A model generated the notes under the pieces. That model saw only the letters and a program-made list of their open reading frames with translations. It had not been told where the DNA came from and ran no database searches. Below are positions 55,199 to 64,000 of a stretch of 64,000 bases of DNA, one piece after another (the stretch's first letter is position 1; each line of letters begins with the position of its first letter). This DNA is from Haliotis rufescens (taxonomy: Eukaryota): the NCBI RefSeq assembly GCF_023055435.1, contig NW_025964001.1, forward strand, positions 4,216,001 through 4,280,000, written 5' to 3'. Position numbers and translations under genes: made by a program.

Positions 55199-58100
55199 CT
55201 GAAAAGAGAAGTACAAGGGTTTACAAATTTGGCACAGAAAAATTAACTGAACAATATGACAATAACAAGAAATTATGTTTTATCATACCACTATGTCAGA
55301 ATATTGAGATCTGATTGGTTCACATGATCTCGTTAAAATACTCTGTTTCCACACAACAGTCTATGATCCTATGGATTTCCCAAGTATATGTCAGCACAGC
55401 TTCCAAACGCCAGAAGGTTTAAGGACAGAGTTTAGGGTTTACCATTAAAATATATTATCATGACCATAACAGAACACTGTGTCTCCAGGCAAAAGCGATG
55501 GTAATAACTTTTGACAGCATTTGCTTATGAAATTTTGGTTCAGAGCCTGCTGGTTACTCACCCCAAGTAGGTTTCTTGGGACATATCCCTCCTTGTCATT
55601 TCGACGAGCCCACCACCATTCCTTCTCACGCTCATCGCCCTTCCGCAGGATGGTGATCTTGTCACCAATCTTAAAGCTTAGCTCGTCCGAGTTGGACGAG
55701 TCGTAATCGAAAACTGAATACACTTCCCCATTGTTCATGATGCCTAGCTTCTCTTGGATGCCTGGGAAATAAAAAAAAAGGCGATTTGAAACTTTTGAAG
55801 AATAATGACATGATATTTAGACTATAATTTGTTGTTTATACATTTTAATACATTTTAATACATTTTAATAACAAGAATATCAAGAATAACATCAGTACTT
55901 GGATCATCTGTTGCTGAAACTTAAGAACATGAACCTGGATATACGGACATATCAAAGCTGACTATTTCAAAATATTGTTGAGTTTAGAGTAGTCAATGTG
56001 ACATCCCTTGTTAATGTTATACAAAGATAAGACCTGGGCCCACTTGCACAAAGCAATCTTAGCACTAAGATTATCGTATGGGAGTTATGATCATCTTTGG
56101 GCTAAGATCGCTTTGTGCAAGTGGGCCCTGGTCCTAACCATTTGGGTACACCCAGCTACCCAGATCAAATCTTGGTTTTGGGTCTTGGCAGTCATTTGGA
56201 CCTATCATGCCTATTGTTATGGCCTCTTACAACAGCATGAGGTGCTAAGGACCCATTCTGCCCTGCAATCCTACAGGATTAGAACCCTGTAGGGTAATAT
56301 TTTTAATAACGACACTGGACATTACTCTTCACTAAGTCATCATCCGTTTCAAGTGTGGCAGCCCTGGACTCGGAGGGAGTAACATGTCGGGAGACAAACT
56401 CACTGTAGAGGTAATCTGAGCAGCCATCATAGCCATCCTCGTCTTCTTCACACTTCTCGGCGGCCGTCTCGTGGTCGCTGATCGTCGTGGCAAATATACA
56501 TGCTCCATGTTCGACGAGGAACTTGACCATTGGGAGGTTATTGCAGGAAGCTGCGCAGTGTAGAGGTGTCCTGCAAATCAGTGGAGGGGATGTCAGGTCA
56601 TGGCTTATCCTTCAGTTAGTTTACTTTTTTCACTCCATGCATGGTAAAAACATTGCAGACTTTTCTTTTTAGGCTAAAAAAATAATAGTCTTGGTTCTCA
56701 GGCACTGCCCGCATCATCATAAAGTCTGCCGCACGTTTTTATTTCCATTTTCAAAAAAAATAAAAAATCCTAAAAATAGTACTTAAATACTATGCAATCC
56801 ACTATAGCACACAGTAACTTCTCTTTACACGCACACTGCTTTAATGCGCATCTCGTGTTTTGGTCATGGCGGCAAAAGGAGTTTGTATGCTTGTTTATGT
56901 AGGGAGGCCCTTTCCCAGGTTGATGGTACACAACTGTTTATTTGGTTACAAACTAGTTTGAACGAGCAATAAAAAAAAATGCACTGCCCACCTGCCTGCA
57001 CAATATTTTCAAAAGTCTGCCTGAGAACCACTTCTTTTATTTTTTTAAGCCTTAAGTATTTTATTTTAAATTAAACCTTTTCACTTATATTCTTTTGAAT
57101 TAAAGATAATGAGTGAGTCATAGTGAGATTAGTTTCAAGTCACTTGTAAGAAATTATATCACAGCATGAATCGAATATACATGGAGCTGATAACTGAAGC
57201 TTCAGATGTGAAATGTATCATCTGAAATCTGTACTATGGTCATGCCGTGTATTATTACATAATACTTTTACTAACAGAGTCTCAAGATATCTCATTATCA
57301 GAACTAATTCTGGTATCCTGCAATACTTGAGAATCATGTGAGATTGTTCTGAAACTACGCGACCTACCATCCGTCACTATCTGGTGAGTTGACATCACAT
57401 CCAAACTCTACGAGGAAAACAACGATCTCATAATGTCCTGCGCAGATGGCGTTGTGGAGAGCAGTGATCCCTTCATCATTGGGAGCACTCACATCGGTAA
57501 CCTGGCAACACAAACAATGCATGAAATATAAGCATAAATTTTCATGCATCTTACATTTTTGTGTGTAATATATATTTGAGGGACAGTTGCTATATCTAAT
57601 AATTTCTGAACTCGTTCATTCAAACCACCAATAAGTGCTTCTTGACCTATGAAGATTAACACTATTTACTCTTGCAACGAGCACAAATCAGTTGTGGTAG
57701 TGTATTTTCTTGTTAAGTTTGTATTACCTCTCGTGCAGTCCTCCTGACCAGTTCGATTTCTCCCTCTAACGATGCATCCAAGAGAAGTGCCAGGGGGTCG
57801 AAACTCACACGGTTCCCAGATTTCCGAGACTTATCCTTCTTCAAATTTGTCTTCTTCCTCCTCACAACACCATCACTTGGCGGCTGAGGAGGACGAGAAG
57901 AGTCCGAAAGTGAAGGAGAGTTACCTCCCTTAGAGTTAGAAGTAGCACTATTACTGTCCAACTGTTTAACAGCGTCCAAGGCACTTGATTGATGATTACC
58001 ACTGTTAACACCACTGTTAATCTTCTGATTTGCCCCTTGTCGATCATACCCTCCGTGCAGTAATTTACTAAGGTCTTCATTCTCACTGTCCGACTGCTTC

Positions 58101-60647
58101 CGTCGTATGTGTTTAGGGGTGTTCAGCCTATAACTACCCTTATCTGAGGCTATGCTCTGATACTGTGGCAAGCCCACAAGTCCGAAATGAGTATGAGTTT
58201 TTGCTCCATTGTTGGAGTCGCCAGAAGATGGTTGATTAAATGCTGTTCGTTGTTCCAGGCCGGGATTCCCCCCAGATGGTAAAGTATCATCAGGTTTATC
58301 TTGGTTACTTTTACCGTCTGCATTCTTGTACAGAGCATCCAGATTCTGTTGATACTTCTGCATAGCAGACGACCCCAGTCTGCCCATGTATGTGTTCATG
58401 ATGGCATTCTTGGTCGCGTATCTGTACGTCGGTTTGGCCGCTCCTGCCTGGCTGGTGCTTACAGTAGGCTGAGTCGCGGGAGTGTTTGTCACTGGGGTCG
58501 AAGTCGCTTGAGGCTGAGGTTTATCCGGGATGGGAGAGTCGAACAGTGTTTTGCCAGAATCTGTAACATCAAGAGAGTTGTCGGACCCATTCCTGGGGGA
58601 GTTCTGTTGTGGAGACTGACTGGGGGAAGATCTGTCTGTCACGGCACCTCTCACCGCCGGATGAGGAGCAGTTCGGGACGATACTGGAGGAGGTTGACCA
58701 GGCTGTTGCTGCTGAGGAACAGTCTTGGCATCATTCTGTGGAGATTGTGAAGGGACTCTCCCTGGGTAGGTGGTGTTTGTTTGTGATTGGGGAATCCTGG
58801 CCAGCACTTTTGGCTTGTTTGTGCTGGGCGAGTTCTGAGAGCTGTCACTTGATGCTGGTGAACTCTGCCCACTGCCTGCCTGTCGTTCCTCCTCTGTAAT
58901 ACTTATAACTGGTTGTTGCTGGATCGGGGCAGCAGTAACCCTCCCAGGTAACACAGACGGGCTGAACGTCGAACCGTACGGCCGGGCAGAGAACTTGGCT
59001 GCAATATTTGCAACACTGATTCTCCCAGGACCAGCTTGTGGAGCAGACTGATTGGAAGTTGAGGCAGGCACATTCTGGTTCCCAGATTTACTGTCACTCA
59101 CATTTTGATTGTTTGCAGATTTGGCCACTGAATTCTCCCTACTTTGAGAATTCTCCCTACCGTTGTTGTTCAGTTCTTTACCCTGATTGGTTGGCTTCAT
59201 GGGAAAGTCCTCCATATTCTTATTCTCAACATGTGGGTATTTGGTGTTGGTAGGCGTCATGTACTTTGGATCCTTCTTCTCAAATCCAGCTTTCTGGTAC
59301 ATGTCCTCCTTGTCTTTGGGAGCGACTTGGATGTAGGGTTCCACGGCGGCGATGTTGGTGCCGGGTCTGTTCTTGTTCACCATGTTCTTGTTGTCGGTCT
59401 GCTGCTGAGACCGCTTCTTCTTGATGCGTTGCTGCAGCTCCTGGATGCGGAAGTCCATCTGCTTCATCTCATCCTTCTTGTGCTGCAGCATCTCACGCTG
59501 GGCAGACAGACGGTTGTTCTGGTGCTCATTCACTTTGTTCCGTTGCTGTAAATAAACAAGATAGGATTGTTACCTCATCTGTGAGTGAGTATGGTTTTAC
59601 TCCGCTGTAAGCAATATTCCAGCAATATCACGGCCGTAATGGGCTTCACACATTATCCTTTGTGGAGAATCGAACCTGGGTCTTTGGTGTGACGGGCGAA
59701 CGCTTTAACCACTAGGCTACCCCACTGCATCTATGGATCTTAATCCCTCGAATGTAATATAAGCAGTAAAACCATGTCAACAGTGATGGGGATAATCGAA
59801 AAGTCATCTATGTATTACTCAACAGTTTCTAAGGAATACCCTTGACCATTATTGTACATTGTCTTTTTGAAAGTAATTTTCAAGGTTTATAAACAAAAGG
59901 ATTTTATGATTTTCAATTCATCAAAATACACCTACTAGAAGCTCTTTGCGAAGTTTTTCCAGTTCCAGTACTGCAGCTGTTTGAGTGTCCCCATTAATTC
60001 CATTAATCTTTCCAGTGCGTATGTCCTCCAGTTGTCGGGTCAACTGCTCCACCTTGGCAACAGCCATTGTCAGCTCCTTCTCCTTCTCATTGAACAGAGC
60101 TTTCACGGAATCCAGCTCCGAATCTGGAACAGGGCAGAGGGCATCAGAAACAAGCACATCATTGCATATGGAGGAACAAATTAATGGTTGCACAAAGTAA
60201 AAGTACCTAAAAGATTGTCCTGCACCATACCAAATAACATATACTACTCAAAAGTAGTTAAGATCTACCCAATTCTCTCTTCTAGTTAATCAGTATTGAC
60301 GTTGGTCCTTATCGTATTGGAGTATTATATGTTGCACAATCTGGCCAGTCAACGAACACCATGATATACTCACTGAGGTTTCCATTTGAGGCCTTGTGTT
60401 GTTCCACCTGTCCTCGCAACGCCCGCAACTTCTTCAGCTTCAGCTCCTGCGTCTCCACCTTCTCCCGCAGCCGGCGGAGACGATCCTGTTCCGCGCTGAG
60501 GTGTGAGTGTCGCTGCTCCTGCTGTTTGAGGTACTTGAGTCGCTGCTCCTTGGCCACCAGGACCTGCTGCTGACTCTCGATCTGCTGCTGCTGCCGTGAC
60601 GCCATCTCCTGCAGCTCTGTCAGCGTCAGGTCCATCCCACCTGGCAG
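55169..60647 (-). CDS. ASPP family protein (ASPP1/PPP1R13B or ASPP2/TP53BP2 co-orthologue), 5'-partial; complement(join(55169-55198,55562-55761,56404-56570,57368-57501,57728-59545,59936-60123,60374-60647))
   Basis: [20 protein letters not shown] coiled coil, Pro-rich middle, PP1-binding RVSF followed by [14 protein letters not shown], ankyrin repeats ([28 protein letters not shown]), SH3 (EWWWAR...[10 protein letters not shown]); phases consistent. Confidence 0.93.
55562..55761 (-). CDS. ASPP SH3 exon
   Basis: [11 protein letters not shown]...PRNLLG. Confidence 0.93.
56035..56128. mobile_element. Palindromic PIF/Harbinger-like MITE
   Basis: TIR GGGCCCACTTGCACAAAGC/GCTTTGTGCAAGTGGGCCC. Confidence 0.72.
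56404..56570 (-). CDS. ASPP ankyrin exon
   Basis: [11 protein letters not shown]...CSDYLY. Confidence 0.93.
56671..57052. mobile_element. Kolobok-like non-autonomous element
   Basis: AGGCTAAAAAAATAA...TTATTTTTTTAAGCCT ends; left arm shared with 24869. Confidence 0.68.
57368..57501 (-). CDS. ASPP ankyrin exon
   Basis: [20 protein letters not shown]...DSDG. Confidence 0.93.
57728..59545 (-). CDS. ASPP large exon (1818 bp)
   Basis: QRNKVNE...[18 protein letters not shown]...ARE. Confidence 0.92.
59581..59728 (-). mobile_element. SINE family A
   Basis: Reverse complement of the family consensus. Confidence 0.8.
59936..60123 (-). CDS. ASPP exon
   Basis: [17 protein letters not shown]...RKELL. 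Confidence 0.9.
60374..60647 (-). CDS. ASPP exon (coiled coil)
   Basis: LPGGMDLTL...NGNL, donor GTGAGT. Confidence 0.92.
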
Positions 60648-60770
60648 CTGCAACACAAACCACACCGTTATGGAAACTGTCAGGGAGGTGATATAGATGA
60701 AGTGTGTATGCACGTGTGTTATGTAAGTATGTACTAGTGGAACTAATGCCAGTTTCATAGCCCACTGAGA

Positions 60771-60945
60771 CAAGAGGCGACTAACGGGACTGGGTGGTCA
60801 GGCTTGCTGACTTGGTTAATGCATGTCATCGATCCCAATTCCGTAGATCGATGCTCATGACGTCAATCACTGGATTGTCTGGTACAGACCACTATCATAT
60901 AGCTGGAATATAGCTGAGTGCAGCGTTTAACAAAGAAACACACAA
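60771..60945 (+). mobile_element. Nin-domain SINE, more deeply truncated
   Basis: Starts at AAGAGGCGACTAACGGG. Confidence 0.78.
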
Positions 60946-60954
60946 AAAACAGGC

Positions 60955-61140
60955 TACAGTTTAACATGAATGCCCCACTCAGACACAGTTTATTGACTCC
61001 TAGCCGTTTTAGCCCCTTAATGCCAAGCGCCTGGCTGGGTAACAACAAGTAACATCTTTTAGAATGACATGGCCTGGGATCGAACCACCGACCACCTGCA
61101 CTCCGGGCAGACACACTATCTATTAGACCACGGAGGGGGT
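60955..61140 (-). mobile_element. tRNA-derived SINE family D
   Basis: Minus-strand head TGGTCTAATAG...GGTTCGATCCC; body matches 43744-43945. Confidence 0.6.
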
Positions 61141-61724
61141 CCTGAACTCACAAGGTGTACACCTCGAGCCGAGAACAATTTTAGACACTTCACATGTCGT
61201 GCCCAGTGGGAACCGAACAGTGTGCAGGTGAGTACCCACTGACCTCCATCACTGCCCAGTGGGAGGTGTTTGTAGAAAACACAAATCTTCAAAGCAGATC
61301 TAGTCACGATGTTTAGGTTGTTTTACATGTCACGTTTAATTTGCAGTTATTTGCCAGTTGTATAGTGACTGGAGCCTTACACCAACAATAATAGTCAACA
61401 ATATTGCAATGATAGACAATCACCATGTGACAGAGCCAGGCCTTTCAGTTCTATTCTTACTTAGCGTCCATTTTGACCAGCCAATCCCCAATTAAGTCCA
61501 CTCTTATTACCTAGGGTGCCAAACCTCAAGATGACATTCAAGGTCAATAAGACTTAGAAATAGGCTGTTAGGAGAGAATGGTGTATTGTGAACTTAAATG
61601 CCAATTGTTTTGAAAACTGACTGTCAGATAAAGGCTCCATTAGTGTACCAACTCAAACTGTTACGAGTCTGTATGTTACATGTATAAAGTTATGACACAA
61701 TTCTTTCACAGGAGGGGTGAATTA

Positions 61725-61879
61725 GTGGGATGGTTTTACGCCACTTTTAGCAATATACCAGCAATATCATGGTGGGGGACTCCAGAAATGGGCTTCACAC
61801 ATTGTACCATGTGGGGAATCGAACCTGGGTCTTTGGTGTGACGAGCGAACACTTTAACCACTAGGCTACCCCACTGCCC
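61725..61879 (-). mobile_element. SINE family A
   Basis: Reverse complement of the family consensus. Confidence 0.8.
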
Positions 61880-62689
61880 ATACAGAGAGGAGGAGGATGT
61901 GGCCAGTGTTAAACATAACCATGGACATCGTAGTTTACCCACAATACCACAGTCACCTGCCCTTTTTATCAACCAATAACACACCATTCCTGGTTTGACC
62001 GCTAACCTAAATCACAACATCACAGAGGACCCACACCTTCGCATGTTCCCCCTGCACATGCCCTGCCCACACACACACCTTGTAAACACTACTCTCGCCG
62101 ACGTGACACACTCAGTCCACCATGGAGACTGGAGGACAACAAATTTGCTTTACCTGAAGCAGATCGAGTTCTACATCCCCGGCCTGTATGTCTGGTAATT
62201 TTAATAGAACACCAAAAATTGAGCCTCCTTAAAATGTGCTAGAGTTTCCATGGTTGCAAAGCCTTTCCCAAACATTTATAGACCAGGGGCAAACATGAGC
62301 GGCCATGTTGTTTACTCTGTAATTCCTAAAACACATCTCTCTGCAGTGACTGCCAACATGGATTACAGATCCTCCGAGATCTCTCCGGAGAAGCCGAGCT
62401 GACATCACAAGTCATGGCGGCATGTAGTGGTCAGGGCCCATGGAGGAACTGCCAGTCAGCATTATCTTCAGATGTCAGACGGAATACACTTCACAGAAAC
62501 ACAATGATTCGTATGTCATGGATTCACAAACTTTGAATCAATACTGACAGCATGAAAATAACATGTTCTTTCTAATAAAGCAACATCATAAAAAACTGAT
62601 CTGATTAATAACTTTAATAATGCTGTACTTTGATAAAACTGCAACATCCCATAAGTCACCAGTCTGTCAATTTGTCCCCATATACTGAG

Positions 62690-62812
62690 TTAGCTATATA
62701 CCAGCAATATCACGGTGGTGTACACCAGAAATGGGCTTCACACATTGTACCCATGTGGGGAATTGGCATGACGAGCAAACACTTTCACCACTTGGCTATC
62801 CCACCGCCCTCC
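62690..62812 (-). mobile_element. SINE family A, internally deleted
   Basis: CAGCAATATCACGG...GGGCTTCACACATTGTACCCATGTGGGGAAT. Confidence 0.72.
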
Positions 62813-64000
62813 CCTTGTACTGCTCCTCACATATAATAATGTATCTCTGCACACAATATCAAACGTGAAACTGACAGACAGAGAGCTGGATATTGAGTAC
62901 TCGACATCCGGGAAGATAATCGTGTCTGAGAGTACATGTGAGTAAATTATTACTATCAGTTGTAATAACTACAGATTAAAATCAAATGAGATTATACATG
63001 TCTTGGAATGGTGTTTATCTTCAATATTGGTAAAATAATTTAAGAAACTGACACTTTGGAATGAATGACAAAAGAAAAGCAATTTCTGCCTTAACATTAA
63101 TTATTGGTAAAAGTCATGGAGAGATTCCTTAGTTGTTAGACAACCTGTCAGCACCCTACTGTCTTGTGTTCTTGTACACTGGCATCCTGCAGAACCAGTA
63201 ATAATGGCCCCGATACCTGGAGAGCCAGTATTTGTAACCCAACATTTCGTAAACCTGTATTAGTAGCCCTAATATAACTGGAGACCCACTGATAATAGCT
63301 CAGATACCTGGAGAACCCGTAATAGTAGCCGCATAACTGAGAAGCTTCGAGTGAGTGAGTATTGTTGACCACCAACAGTGAAGCTACTATTTATAGCTGC
63401 TCTGACCTCCCATTCAATCCCTCCATCCTTCTCACCCAAATAATCTCATGGCCTTAAAGTATTTGTGGAATGAAGGATCCATCACCTCCGACTGACCACC
63501 AGGACAACACCAGCAACAAAAGTGTGAATCAGCTTCTTGTTGACTGGCCGCCCTGACCCCTTAGAACTACACACAGAGAGCAGACGTATATACACTGGAC
63601 ATCCTCAGTCAAGATGACGGCTGCTTGTTTTTGATCAATGTTTCCTTGGTAAATCTCACCTGCCGACCACCCAGGAAAATGACCCAGATGTCACATGATG
63701 GTTGAACTGACTGTGTAGTTGCTCCAAATGACACTTATACAATGAATGTCTTTATTAATTTTCCCAGACTCTCAAAGTTATTTTCTATCACTTCAGTCTT
63801 TTTATTTTTGCTTCATTTTCTATCATTTAATGCTGAACTTCTGTAATACATTATCATTACACTTCTAAATAGAACAACAGATGTGTTATTTATTTTAAGA
63901 CATTTTGTTATTTCTGTTTCATATGAGTTGATGTTCATTAAGGAGATAAACATACCGTGTTTTCATTGTAGAGCTAGGTCACATGAATATTTAACTGCAC

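Noticed and set aside
63190-63345. Degenerate roughly 30-bp repeat (GATACCTGGAGA...CCAGTAATA)
   Set aside because: Too decayed to define a unit or function; likely an old minisatellite.
62140-63700. Candidate upstream ASPP exons (donor-like sites near 62155 and 63659)
   Set aside because: No translation resembling the ASPP N-terminal ubiquitin-like domain; the 5' exons probably lie beyond the window.

Overview
AT-rich, intron-containing animal genomic DNA. The SINE content suggests a mollusc, plausibly an abalone-like gastropod (inference). Four protein-coding genes can be reconstructed with GT-AG introns and consistent phases: (1) the first coding exon of PTPN14/PTPN21 (Pez-type FERM tyrosine phosphatase, - strand); (2) a complete CENPF orthologue head-to-head with it (19 coding exons, about 4033 aa, one 7211-bp exon, C-terminal CKVQ); (3) complete PSMC6/Rpt4 (11 exons, 394 aa); (4) the 3' seven exons of an ASPP gene (TP53BP2/PPP1R13B family, - strand). 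The top non-coding finding is three copies of a 217-241-nt box C/D RNA in and just upstream of PSMC6. Its D-box guide (GATTATGAGA) is complementary to the anticodon loop of elongator tRNA-Met and places the wobble C34 at the +5 methylation position, making it a SNORD97/SCARNA97-type tRNA guide with a large pyrimidine-rich loop. Other notable items: an inverted pair of Penelope-type minimal hammerhead ribozyme relics, headless Nin-domain SINEs that begin at the base of a predicted pseudoknot, a 0.5-kb G:U-biased hairpin in PSMC6 intron 1, and many MITEs, SINEs and minisatellites. All family assignments come from reading the sequence and from recalled knowledge; no searches were run.
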